NCBI GenBank assembly: GCA_030324005.1
Contig: JARDVH010000137.1
Coordinates: forward strand, 36,174,933-36,223,446
Reading direction: 5' to 3'
Length of the DNA stretch: 48,514 nucleotides
DNA from: Negaprion brevirostris
Taxonomy: Eukaryota
The position numbers and the translations under genes were made by a program. Below, piece by piece: positions 34,400-46,184 of this stretch (the stretch's first letter is position 1; each line of letters begins with the position of its first letter). The notes under the pieces are model-generated. The model saw only the letters and a program-made list of their open reading frames with translations, was not told the origin of the DNA and ran no database searches.

Positions 34400-36460
34400 T
34401 CTCACAGAATCATCACTGTGCAGAAGAAAGCCATTTGGCTCATCGTGACTGCGCTACTTCTGTGAATAAAGAATTTACTTAGTGCCATTCTCACCTTGTC
34501 CCTGTAACCCTACACATTTCCTCTTTGCCCTTTGAATGTCTCCAATACTTTGACTGAACCAGCTGTTTCCACCACACTGTAGGCAGTGTATGCCTGATCT
34601 TAACCACCCACTGCAACAAAGCACTTTTTTTTCTCATATGCTTCATTTGCAGACCATCTTAAATCTGTGCCCTCATGTTCTTGTCTGAGTGTGAGCAGTT
34701 CCTCCCCAGCGACTCTGTTCAGGCTGTGGATGGTTTGGAATACCTCCATCAAAGCCCCTCTTACTCTTCTCCACTGAAAACAATCATAACTTCTCCAATC
34801 TATCATGACTATAGTTGCTCATACCTGGAATCATTTTTGTGAATCATTTCTCTGCCTTCACATCTTTCTTGAAGTGTGGTGCCTGGAGCTGTAGATCCCA
34901 TAGGTCCAACAGAGGCCAAAGCCGGGTCAAGTTCAACATAACCTTATTCTTATACGCCATGCTCTTATTAATAAAGTCCAAGATACTGTGTCCATTTTAT
35001 AATCATGCTCTCCACCTGTCCTGTCACCATAAATGCCCATGTACACCCAGATCCCTCTGCTCCTTCACCACCTTTAGTGTTGCACCTTTTGTCTTGCATT
35101 GTCTCTCCGTGCCTTTCCACAAAAATGAATCACTTCATGTTCCCCTCATTTGCCACTTGGCGCCCATTCCATCAACTTCCCTGTGTCCTTTTGAATTTCT
35201 AATCTCTCCTCCTCACAGTTCACAATGCTTCCAAGTTTCTTATCATCTCCAAATTTTGAAATTGTGCCCGGTGAGTTAAGGTCGAGGTCTTTACTACATG
35301 CCTGTTATAGCAGCGGTCCCAATATTGGTCTCTGGGGAACTCCATTATACTTGTTCCAGCTCAAAAAACATCCATTAATCATTATTCACCGTTTCCTGTC
35401 AATCAGACAATTTTGTATTCACATTGTTATTTTCTCTTTTATTCCATGGGCTGTAATTTTGCTCACAAGTCTACTGTGTGGTATTGTTTCAAATGCCTTT
35501 TGGAAGTCCATGTACATCACATCAACAACATTGCCCTCATCCATCTTCCCCGTTACCTCTTTAAAAATCTCCAGCAAGTTAATTAAACATGGTTTCTTCA
35601 TATGAAAGCTATGCTGGCTTCCCCTAATTTACCCACATGTGTCCATGTAACTATAAATTTTGTTCTGAATTATTGTTTCCAGTAGTTTCTGCATTATTAA
35701 AGTTAAATTGACAGACCTGTACTTGCTGGGTTGAACTTTACACTTTTTTTTGAATAGGGTATAACATTACAATTCTCCAACCCTCTGGCACCACCGCTAT
35801 GTCTCAGGAAGACTGAAATATGGCAATTGACTCCACAATTTCCATTCTAACTTCCTTCCATATCCTTGGATGCATCTCATTTGGTTCGAGTGCCTTAACA
35901 ATTTTATGTACAAATGGACCATTCAATATCTCCTTCTTATCAATTATAAACCCTTCTAATGTCTGAATTACCTTCCCTTTCCCCACACTCTGGGTAACAC
36001 CTCCTTCCTTGATAAAGCCAGATACATAGTATTCTGTTCACAGCCCACTGCCTCTATGCGCCCTCTGCCTCCATGCATAAATCTCCTTTTGTCCCTACTC
36101 CTCCTATACCACTCTTACTCCTTATATGCCTATTGAAGACTTTGAGATTCCCTTTTACGTTAACTTCCAGTCTCTTTTCGTGCTTGTGCTTTGCTTCTCT
36201 TATTTGCTTTTTTACCCCCTTTCAGAATGTTTCATATTCAATCTGTTTACATTTTCCACCTGACATCATTCATATGCACACTTTCTTTTCTTTATCTTAT
36301 TTTCTATCTCTTTTATCATCAGAGAGCACTGGATTTATTTGCTCTATCTTTCCCTTTTAAGGGATTATACCTTGACTGTACCTGAAGTACCTCTTCTTTG
36401 AAGAAAGCTCACGTTTGACTCCAGTTTATTCAACCCAGATCCCTTCTTGCTCCATTGAAG
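34400..36460 (-). mobile_element. CR1 LINE, long decayed ORF2 fragment to 3' UTR
   Basis: PCLINLLEIFKEVT..MDEGNVVDVMYMDFQKAFETIPHSRL; KALEPNEMHPRIWKEV. Confidence 0.85.
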
Positions 36461-36679
36461 TCGGCAATGTTCTATTTGAAAATGTTGTGCATATATCACA
36501 AAGCACATTCTTATCATGCAACATAAAGTGAAATAAAACCAGATGTCAGCTCAGGTCAGATTGCATGCTATGCTGTTTGCTGTCTCCTATCTGTTACGTA
36601 CACCAAGCGCCATGAAAAAATGATCTTGCTGGATCAGAATAAGATTGACATTTATGAACTCCACATGCAAGTTTTTTTT

Positions 36680-37465
36680 TAGTTCAGTTCTTCAGTTCTG
36701 GACACCACACTTTAAGAAGGACATGAATCCATTGGAGAGAGTACAAAAAGATTCACAAGTAAGGTTCCAAGGTTGGGGAACTTCAGTTATAATACTAGAT
36801 TGGAAAGTTGGGACGATTTTCCATAGAGAAAGGAAGACGAGAGGAGATTTGGTAAAGATATTCAAAATCATAAGAGATCTGGACAGAGTTGATAAGGAAA
36901 AACTGATCCCATGTTTATTATTTTTATTTATTATCATGACGAGGCTTCCTGCTTAATACGGCAATGAAGTTACTGTGAAAATCTCCTCGTCGCCACATTC
37001 CAGCACCTGTTCAGGTACACTGAGGGAAAATTTAGCATGGCCAATGCACATAACCAGCGCGTCTTTGGGAGGAAACCAAAGCATCCGGAGGAAACCCACA
37101 CAGACACGGGGAGAACATTCAGACTCTGCACAGGCAATGACCGAAGCCGGGAATTATACCCAGGTCCCTAGTCATGTGAGGCAGCAGTGCTTGCCCCTCT
37201 GCTACTCATTAATGGAAGAGTTGAGAACCAGAGGGTAATTAAGGTAATTGGCAAAAGAAGCAACAGAGACATGAGGTAAAATTTTTTGTACAGCAAGTGG
37301 TCAAGTTCTGGAATGCGCTGCCTGAAAATGGGGAGGAGGCAGGGTCAATCGAGGCTTTCCAAAGGGAATTGAATTATTATCTGAAATGGAAGCATGCGTA
37401 GGTTTATAGGGAGAAGGGAAGGGAATGACACTAGGTAAACTGGTTATTCAGAGTGCTAGCACAGA
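36680..37465 (+). mobile_element. CR1 3' fragment split by an HE1 insertion
   Basis: QFWTPHFKKDMNPLERVQK...RGDLVKIFKIIRDLDRVD; resumes near 37206. Confidence 0.85.
36913..37205 (-). mobile_element. HE1-type V-SINE, tail B
   Basis: gcaatgaagttactgtgaaaatctcctcgtcgccacattcc tail plus V domain. Confidence 0.8.
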
Positions 37466-37710
37466 CATAGAACATAGAACATAGAACATTACAGCGCAGA
37501 ACAGGCCCTTCGGCCCACGATGTTGCGCCGACCAGCNNNNNNNNNNNNNNNNNNNNNNNNNNNNNNNNNNNNNNNNNNNNNNNNNNNNNNNNNNNNNNNN
37601 NNNNNNNNNNNNNNNNNNNNNNNNNNNNNNNNNNNNCCAACTTTCAGGGATCTATGTACACATACACCTAGATCCCTCTGCTCCTCCACACTATTCAAAG
37701 TCTTCCCGTT
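37466..37710 (-). mobile_element. CR1 fragment spanning a gap
   Basis: (catagaa)n tail with aacaggcccttcggccca; NSVEEQRDLGVCVHRSLKV. Confidence 0.8.
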
Positions 37711-38262
37711 AGCAACATGGTGGGTTGAAAGGTCTCTTTCTATGCTTGAACGATTCTGAGAGTTAGCAAAGATTGTTTTTCAGGGCATTGGCAAACTCAG
37801 CAAGGGTGCATTTCATTGGCCACCCTTAATTGTGAAAAAATGTTGAGGTGCAGGATATGGGAACTACCATATGAGTCAGAAACAGAAATATTAGTGAGGG
37901 AGAGCGGGGGGAGGGGTGTGGTGGGGATATGTGAGTGCTGCCAGAATACTGTCAGCTAAGAACATCCAGGATTTTGACTTGGAGAGGATCTTGGAAGTGA
38001 TGGTGATCTCATAATATTGTTGGAGTCATAGGTAATGGGGATACTGTCAAAATCAATTTGGTCAGTTGTTGCAGTGCATCCTGTAGATTGTATAGACTGC
38101 AGTTACAGTGTACTGGCGGAAGAAGGAATGACTCCTGACATAAGGGACATCGATCAAGAAAACTGGTCCAAGCTCAGTGGCGTCAAGCCTCTTCATGTTG
38201 TTACAGCTGTACCCATCTGAGCAATGGCAAGTATTCCAGCAGACTCCGGATTCTCACTTAGT

Positions 38263-38460
38263 AAAAACAAAAAATGCCAGAAAGAATCAGCAGGTCAGGC
38301 AGCATTTGTGGGGAGAAATGGAGTTAAATGTTTCAGATCAATGACCTACCATCAAAACTGAAGAAAGAAAGAGTGTAAGAGTTTGTAAACCAGTGGAAAG
38401 AGGGAGTGGGCAATGGAACAAAGAGAAACTCTGTGACAGGCTAGAGGGCAGAGATTAACT
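38263..38460 (-). mobile_element. Diverged Penelope-associated terminal repeat
   Basis: cagcaggtcaggcagcatttgtggggagaa...gtttcagatcaatgacctaccatcaaaactg resembles the 13413 and 45127 repeats. Confidence 0.55.
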
Positions 38461-39054
38461 CACCAAAGGTTCAATATAAACGGCTAATGAATCTCCACCA
38501 TTAGCACTTACTCCCCCCCCCCCCCCCCAACTCTGCACCTCGGCCTTGAGACAAAAGCAATTCAGGGATCAGATAAACAAACATCTTCTGAAATCATTAT
38601 GGGAATAGAGAGGGGTTCCAGGGGATGAGAGAGTGAAGTCAGACACTCAGTGCCTGATCGGGGTAACCTGCATCAAGGGAGGAGAGAGGTTGCTGTTGAT
38701 TTCCAAACTACCATCTTTCATTCCAACAGCCCTACTCCCGTGAGTCAACAGTCCCCTCCCAACGAAACACATCTCACCCACCCTCACCCGCCTGTGGCTC
38801 GGGTCCTTCGCTGATCCTGGCCCTCTGGTGGGCGCATTGCCAGCTGCTACCATCGCACCCACTGTGCCGTTGAGGACAATGAGGCATTGCCAGTTTCTGA
38901 TTGTCCAGAAACTGTCAAGAGGATGGGATTTCTGGGAAAGGCCCACCGTTGGTCACTTCAGCAGCTGATACACATTTAAATGGAAATCTTTCCCCAAAGG
39001 AAAGAAATTAAACCTTTAATTCCAAAACACAACCTTGAGTTTGTTTTCTTTCAC

Positions 39055-39410
39055 CATAGAATCATGGAATCCTGTAGTACAGAAAGGAGCTGTTTGGCCG
39101 ATTGAGTCTGCACCGAACACAATCCCAAACCAGGCCCATCCCCATAACCCCTTGCATTTACCCATCTAGTCCCCTTGACACAAAGCAGCAGGTCAATGCC
39201 TGTGTGGAGTCTGCACGTTGTCCCCATGGCTGCGAGGGTTTCCTCCAATGTGCGAGTTAGGTTGATTGGCCATGCTAAATTCATCCTTAATGTCAGGGGG
39301 ACTAACGGTGTAAATACGTGGGGTTACAGGGGTTGGGCCTGGGTGGGATTGTTGTCAGTGTAGGCTTGATAGGCTGAATGGCCTTCTTCTGCACTGTAGG
39401 GATTGTATGA
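39055..39410. mobile_element. Two HE1 tail-A fragments head-to-head (39055-39182 minus, 39190-39410 plus)
   Basis: Both carry the tail A sequence in opposite orientations. Confidence 0.8.
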
Positions 39411-39482
39411 TCCGATGAAAGAAAGTAGGGCCGTTGCCAACTCGACAGACAGTGTAGCCTATTGGCTGAGTTCAATTCCACC

Positions 39483-40045
39483 CATTGAGTACAAGAGCAA
39501 GGAAGTTCTGGTTTCCCTTTATGAAGTTTTGGTTTTGGCCTCAACAGGACTATTGTGTCCACTTCTGGTCACCACAGTGTTGGAAGGATTTGAAGGGATT
39601 AGAGAGGGTACAGAAAAGGTGTACAAGAATGATTCCAGGAATGAAGGACTTCAGTTCCATGAATAGATTGGAGAAGCTGGGGCTGTTCTTCTGAGAGAAG
39701 GTGGAAAGAGGATTTGAAAAAGGCTTTCAAAATTNNNNNNNNNNNNNNNNNNNNNNNNNNNNNNNNNNNNNNNNNNNNNNNNNNNNNNNNNNNNNNNNNN
39801 NNNNNNNNNNNNNNNNNNNNNNNNNNNNNNNNNNNNNNNNNNNNNNNNNNNNNNNNNNNNNNNNNNNNNNNNNNNNNNNNNNNNNNNNNNNNNNNNNNNN
39901 NNNNNNNNNGAAAGGGAATTGGATCATTATCTGGAGAGAAGTTAATTGCAGGTTTGGGGACAGGGTGGGAGAATGGCTCTCACGGAATGGCACTTGAAGA
40001 GAATCACTCCTGACATGAAGGGTTGAATGGCCTCCTCCTATTTCC
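39483..40045 (+). mobile_element. CR1 3' fragment
   Basis: DYCVHFWSP..KDLKGLERVQKRCTRMIPGM..NRLEKLGLF. Confidence 0.85.
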
Positions 40046-40347
40046 AATCAAGGCACTTGCAACTCTCCCAGATAACCGTTAATGCAGAATAAATGAATCT
40101 TCCCCTGTATTCTGCAGTTCAACAAACTGATTAACTCATTATTCTTTGTAACCTGTACTTTATCCCACAACGTACAGAATATAAGGTATAAAACACATAT
40201 GTAATGAATGTTGTGAAATGTGTAAGGAGACATTTCTGTCTCTCAAAGTTCCAGCCTAAGTTATATTACAGTAAGTAGTTAATTCTAAAGAATAATACCA
40301 TTCTTCATATCACGTTAATAATACTCCACCAAACCATGCTGAAAGTT

Positions 40348-40625
40348 AAAAGTTTATTTATTAGTCACAAGTAAGGCTTACATTATCACTGCGATGAATT
40401 TACTACAAAATTCCCCTAGTTGCCAAACTCTGGCACCTGTTCAGGTCAATACACCTAACCAGCGCATCTTTCAGACTGGGAGGAAATTGGAGCACCCAGA
40501 GGAAACCCATCCAGACACAGGGAGAATGTGCAAACTCCACACATGCAGTGACCCAAGCCGAGAATCGAACCCAGGTCCCTGGCGCTGTGAGGCAGCAGTG
40601 CTAACCACTGTGCCAACATGCTACC
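40348..40625 (-). mobile_element. HE1-type V-SINE, tail B
   Basis: aagtttatttattagtcacaagtaaggcttacatt tail, V domain and head. Confidence 0.9.
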
Positions 40626-41352
40626 CAAGCTGCTAAAGGGAAAGATGTAGATTCAGCTACTTTTGGGCACTATTATTTTTCCTTTTTGCCTAATGAANNN
40701 NNNNNNNNNNNNNNNNNNNNNNNNNNNNNNNNNNNNNNNNNNNNNNNNNNNNNNNNNNNNNNNNNNNNNNNNNNNNNNNNNNNNNNNNNNNNNNNNNACA
40801 GAGTTCCCATGTCTGTAAGGAAGACCTATGCAAAATAATGGAGAGTGGTGACCTTCGATAAAAATAGCAATTTCTTATCCATCCTTATGGAGTTAATAAC
40901 AAGGACATTTACTCGAGATTAATTGTGCTAAACTCATTGTATCACTGAATGTTTGCTCTGTTTGAATGGTGTGGTATTTATACACATCACGGCACATTAG
41001 ACACATCATGACAGAACATAGACATTGGCTTGATGGCATTATGGAGTGCACCAGATAAAATTCAGAAATCAAAACCTTTGAGGGAAAGTGAAGTGGCTAC
41101 AATGATGAAACCCTCTGTATAAATGAATCATTAATCCATCTGTAAAATTGCCTCGGCACCAAAGCTTATAATTATTCTTCGTTACACAAAAATGGACAAA
41201 ATTTTAAACTCCTGTTTCTTTGCACAGTCACAATTATCAATTCATTTCGCCTGTTCAGTGGAAGAGGGAATGGGAAATGCAGTAATTAGGTTTAGTTCCT
41301 TGATGTCCCAAATGTTAGTTGATTGCAGAATGGAATAATGTGCTAAAACACT

Positions 41353-42704
41353 GGATTTGATTTTACCATCAAGTTGCACCCATTTTCGGATGGGTGAGAG
41401 ACGAGTAGTACAATCTGCACCTGCCTCCGCGCCCATCCCCCCCTTTACCAATCGCTGAAAATGGCTGCCATCTGGACCACGCCCAAAACGGACTTAATGG
41501 GCTGCACACCCAAACTTAGCGGCAATTCCCCCTTTACCACCATGATCGCCCATTCAGATTCAGCGGCAAACAGACATGGTCCACAAAGGTCCGATTTGGG
41601 CGCTCCAGCTTCTGAGGAGGNNNNNNNNNNNNNNNNNNNNNNNNNNNNNNNNNNNNNNNNNNNNNNNNNNNNNNNNNNNNNNNNNNNNNNNNNNNNNNNN
41701 NNNNNNNNNNNNNNNNNNNNNNNNNNNNNNNNNNNNNNNNNNNNNNNNNNNNNNNNNNNNNNNNNNNNNNNNNNNNNNNNNNNNNNNNNNNNNNNNNNNN
41801 NNNNNNNNNNNNNNNNNNNNNNNNNNNNNNNNNNNNNNNNNNNNNNNNNNNNNNNNNNNNNNNNNNNNNNNNNNNNNNNNNNNNNNNNNNNNNNNNNNNN
41901 NNNNNNNNNNNNNNNNNNNNNNNNNNNNNNNNNNNNNNNNNNNNNNNNNNNNNNNNNNNNNNNNNNNNNNNNNNNNNNNNNNNNNNNNNNNNNNNNNNNN
42001 NNNNNNNNNNNNNNNNNNNNNNNNNNNNNNNNNNNNNNNNNNNNNNNNNNNNNNNNNNNNNNNNNNNNNNNNNNNNNNNNNNNNNNNNNNNNNNNNNNNN
42101 NNNNNNNNNNNNNNNNNNNNNNNNNNNNNNNNNNNNNNNNNNNNNNNNNNNNNNNNNNNNNNNNNNNNNNNNNNNNNNNNNNNNNNNNNNNNNNNNNNNN
42201 NNNNNNNNNNNNNNNNNNNNNNNNNNNNNNNNNNNNNNNNNNNNNNNNNNNNNNNNNNNNNNNNNNNNNNNNNNNNNNNNNNNNNNNNNNNNNNNNNNNN
42301 NNNNNNNNNNNNNNNNNNNNNNNNNNNNNNNNNNNNNNNNNNNNNNNNNNNNNNNNNNNNNNNNNNNNNNNNNNNNNNNGGGTCTTGGGGATGGTGGATA
42401 AGGGGGTCAGTTATGTTATGGGGTGAGGCAATGTTTGTGGGGACTACGGGGAGGCTTGATATGGTCCGGGAGAGATGCAGCAGGGGAGCGTTTTTTTTTT
42501 AACTGCGCATGAGCAGTTGGAGGTTACGATGGGAGGAACACGATTTCGGGTGTATTAAGCCCCACCCACAGATTCTGTAGCACAATTCGGAATCGCTGAT
42601 ATCTTTTCAGGCAAAGTGCGTATGGGGGTGCCAGAGAATGGGTCTAATGGATCTGAAACACTTCTGGAATTAGCACTTTGAATCAAAATGGTAAAAGTGG
42701 GCCC
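41353..42704. mobile_element. Non-autonomous DNA transposon (Harbinger-like TIRs), centre in a gap
   Basis: Imperfect TIRs ggatttgattttaccat ... atggtaaaagtgggccc; right end homologous to 19669-19830. Confidence 0.6.
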
Positions 42705-42826
42705 ACAGTTGGTTTCCTGTATTATGGAAATACACAGTTGTCAGCACCAGTGTGAGCGTTACTGTGCAGTTCAAACGGCAGTGGATTCTAAAGGCATTTA
42801 CGTCGATACATAAAAAGGAGAGAAAT

Positions 42827-42940
42827 GGGCCAGAATTCTCCCTTCCGTCCATCACAGGAATTGTAGCGGGCAGGGGGGCAGACCATGCAAATTGTTCTCA
42901 AGTGGGGTTCTCTGGTGAGTGTGTCTGGAGAATCCCGCCC
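42827..42940. mobile_element. MITE with Harbinger-like TIRs
   Basis: gggccagaattctcc ... ggagaatcccgccc; internal gaccatgca. Confidence 0.65.
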
Positions 42941-42974
42941 ACGCACTTTTCATAGCCACTGAACATCTTTTATA

Positions 42975-43266
42975 GCATTTTGGAATGCAGTCACTTTTGA
43001 AATATGGGAAACAAAGTAGCTAATCTGCACTCAGCGAGTATGAGAACGACCGGATAATCTGTTTTTTTACATAATGGTGGAACCCTCCACCCAAGCAGGG
43101 TGAAGGGGCCTTAGTTTAATGTCTCTTCTGAAGGAGAGCACCTCCAACAATACAGCACTCCCTTAGTACTGGAGTGTCAGCCTTGATCTTCATGCTCAAA
43201 ATCCGGAGTGCAACTTGGATTTGGAACCTTGTGACTCAAAGGTTACCAACAGAGCCATGACTGACA
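42975..43266 (-). mobile_element. Deu-domain SINE with an internal deletion
   Basis: gcacctccaacaatacagcactcccttagtactggagtgtcagcct; head gaaccttgtgactca...ttaccaacagagcca. Confidence 0.7.
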
Positions 43267-43526
43267 GTAATTCCAAAAGAATTACGCAGGTTGGAATAAG
43301 TCCTCGGAGGAAGAAGTCCCTTTACCAAAATCCCTTTATTTACAAGTCAGACAACTGCATACAGAGCGTTTTCAGTTAGCAGTCTACATTCGGAGTCCCA
43401 GAGGAACTGACACTCCTGGTTAAATTCAAACCGAGAGGCTCCCTGATTGGCCTATCAATTTGGCCCTTAATCTGGGAGTTCATATTCTAACAGATCCAGC
43501 TCAATTGTCTGATTAAAGTCATTACA
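43266..43526 (-). mobile_element. Possible solo LTR
   Basis: Ends agtaat...attaca (near TG..CA inverted termini); on the minus strand CCAAT (about 43446) precedes AATAAA (about 43335); no clean TSD. Confidence 0.4.
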
Positions 43527-43584
43527 CAGGTGTAACTGTGATTGTCAATTGCACATAAATCCACATAAACCATGCATTATGCCT

Positions 43585-44055
43585 GGGCGGCATGCTGGCA
43601 CAGCTGCCTCAGAGTCAGGGGCCCAGGTTCAATTCCTGCCTTTGGGTCACTGTCTGTGGGGGGTCTGCACATTTTCGCTATGCCTGCGTGAGTTTTCTCT
43701 GGGCGCTTCAGTTTCCTCCCACACTCCAAAGATGTACAGGTTAGCTGGATTGGCCAGGCTAAGTTGCCCCTTAATGCTACAGATGTGTAGATTAGGGTGA
43801 TTGAGGTAAATCAATGGGGTTTCAGAAAAGTGCCTGAGTGGGATCCGTCAGAAAGAAATCCCACAACACCAGCTTAGAGCCCAACTAGTTTATTTGTAGC
43901 AAATGCCGCAATCTTTCAGAGCTCCATGGGATTTCTTTTAGTTTTACCCCAGTCCAACACCAGCATCTCCACATCATAGGATCCCACAGACAGAGAGTTG
44001 GTGCTGATTTGATGGGCCAAATGGCTTGCTTCTGCGCTGTAGGGATTCTATGATT
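43585..44055 (+). mobile_element. HE1-type V-SINE, tail A, interrupted by a Penelope terminal fragment
   Basis: Head and V domain 43585-43850; tail resumes near 43980. Confidence 0.8.
43856..43977. mobile_element. Penelope terminal-repeat fragment with an internal inversion
   Basis: cacaacaccagcttagagcccaactagtttatttgtagc is the reverse complement of 8170-8215; followed by forward ccccagtccaacaccagcatctccacatca. Confidence 0.6.
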
Positions 44056-44924
44056 AATCCAAGCATAAAATGCTAACATATCAAATACTTACCCATTCTG
44101 CAGGCAGAGTTCTGCCCCAAATATTTGGTTTCACAAAATGGAGTTAATGTAGCTTCCTGACAGAGACACCACCTGTATATTCAACTTTCTTACATAAGCG
44201 TTTTATTTAAACATCTCGTACAGGGAAACATTGTCACACCAGGACTGCACTTCAGCTAAGATCTACAGAGCCATCATAGACTGGAGATTAAATCTGAAAT
44301 TCTCTTGATCTGGATACCTCAGTTATTCACTGAATGAACCCACTGAGGCACCAGGGGAGCTAAACTTTATCTCTTAAGAGGATTAATTTAAAAAGCTAAA
44401 TATAAAAGTCAGTAAAGAGGTAGCACCATTGAATGTGTAGAAATCACCAGGCACACTTATTCTTAATGTTAACAGAAAGTTGCTTTTTTTCATCTAAAGC
44501 AGAAATGAGCTACCCCAATCTGCCTTTAACTTTTGCTCTTTTCTAAGTTCTAAGATCTTTGGAAGGCTGCTGGTCCAGGGTGACTAATCAACTCTAAACC
44601 ACGAGTGGAACTTTCCCATCTGAATATCTGAAAGTAGTAAGGCTGAAGGCAAGAAGTATAAGGAGGTTACGTGGGGCAGAATTTTCTGGAAAAATGGCAA
44701 AGTGTCACTTTCAGTGAAGAATAGATGCAATTCTCATCGGCCCCGACAGCACAACCTGAAGCATTATTGTCGGGCACTTTGAACACTTTTGTTCCCGCCA
44801 TGTGAAACATGCCACGCCTGAAATGCCAAGTGTCTGATTTGCCAACATCAGGGGTCATCTGAGCACTTCAGTGAAGTTGCAGTTAAAGGGATCCACGGCA
44901 TTTGATCTGATGCAAGCCAGGAGG

Positions 44925-45463
44925 ATGGGAGTGAGGAGGCCAGCTCCTAGATTTACTGAGGGGGCCCTCAGTGATGTTGTGGAAGAGAGGTGGNNNNNNN
45001 NNNACAAATCCTGCCTGGGGGACGGTGGCAGCACTGATTGGGGCCAGCAGCCTGACCAAGGGGATGGGGGACTGCAATGTAGGAAAAAGATAAATGATCT
45101 ATCCCGGTCAACCAGGGTAAGTGCTCGAAAACAGAAAACGCTGGAAAATCTCAGCGGGTCTGAAAGCATCCGTGGAGAGAGAATAAAGCCAATGTTTCGA
45201 GTCTAGATGATGAAGAATTCCTACAGAACCTCAGCATCCAATCTCCCAGCATCATCCTCAAGCTCCACTGGCTCTCCTCATCAGAAACCTTCACTGCTTA
45301 GGTATAATGCTCACACAAGTCTCTGACCCACCAGACAACCAGCTCGTATTATATTCTTTTGAAACCCTATAGGAGAAGATAGCAGAGAGAGCGAGAGAGT
45401 GCGGGAGCTGAGGATCCTGACCCTATTCGAGGAGAAGGCCGTGGAGGTCGCAGGGGAAGAGTA
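44925..45463 (+). pseudogene. Myb/SANT-like (trihelix/MSANTD-type) DNA-binding gene remnant, two exons (44925-45116, 45373-45463)
   Basis: AGG|GTAAGT donor after 45116, TAG| acceptor before 45373, phase 0; deletions and a frameshift in exon 2. Confidence 0.65.
45127..45212 (-). mobile_element. Penelope-associated terminal fragment inside the Myb/SANT intron
   Basis: ctggaaaatctcagcgggtctgaaagcatccgtggagagagaataaagccaa matches 13427-13478. Confidence 0.65.
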
Positions 45464-45497
45464 GGATTGGACCTTTGCTAAGAGCAAAATGGGCCTG

Positions 45498-45560
45498 TGA
45501 ACAAAGAACAAAGAACAACCCAGCACGGGAAACAGGCCCTTCGGCCCAACGAGCCCATGC
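45498..45560 (-). repeat. CR1 3' tail fragment
   Basis: gaacaaagaacaaagaacaacccagcacgggaaacaggcccttcggccca. Confidence 0.7.
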
Positions 45561-45854
45561 TGAGAGTGAGCTGAGCCTGTGAGAGAAAAATAAGGAACCA
45601 CTGCACCTTCACCCAGAGAACCCATCGCAAGTGAGTTCTTTGTTGTCCAAACATTTTACAGGGACATGGTTTTAGTTCATAACCTGTACTTGGCCATGTA
45701 CAAAAACCATGTCTTTGTCTTGCAACAACATTAACCAATCAGCCTGGACAATCCACAACAATGTACCACTGATCACCCTTAAATCTGCAATGGTGTCACA
45801 TTGGAACTGGTTGATAAGCCTGTCTAATTAGGACAAATGATAACAGAAGATTGG

Positions 45855-46170
45855 ATCATAGAATTCCTCCAATGCAGAAGAGGCCATTCAGCCCATCAAG
45901 TCTCTAACAGAATATCTAACCCAGGCCCTCACATTTACCCCACGCATTTATCTTGCATAATTCATCTTACCTACACATGTTTGGACAATAAGGACAATTT
46001 AGTATGGCCAATCCACCTAACCTGCATATCCTTGGACTGTGGGATGACACCCACGCAGACACAGGGAAAATGTGCAAACTCCACACAGGGAGTCACCCAA
46101 GGCTGGAATTGAACCCGGGTCCCTGGACCTGTGAGACAGCTGGGCTAACCACTGTGCCACCGTGCCACCC
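45855..46170 (-). mobile_element. HE1-type V-SINE, tail A
   Basis: catagaattcctccaatgcagaagaggccattcagcccatc tail; head ctaaccactgtgccaccgtgccaccc. Confidence 0.85.
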
Positions 46171-46184
46171 TTCATTGTCAGCAT

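Larger units (their letters stand above)
44673..45490 (+). mobile_element. PIF/Harbinger-type transposon left end with a decayed Myb/SANT-like gene
   Basis: TIR-like ggggcagaattttc; peptide RRPAPRFTEGAL...QCRKKINDLSRSTR, intron, then EKIA...ELRILTLFEEKAVEVAGEE. Confidence 0.7.
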
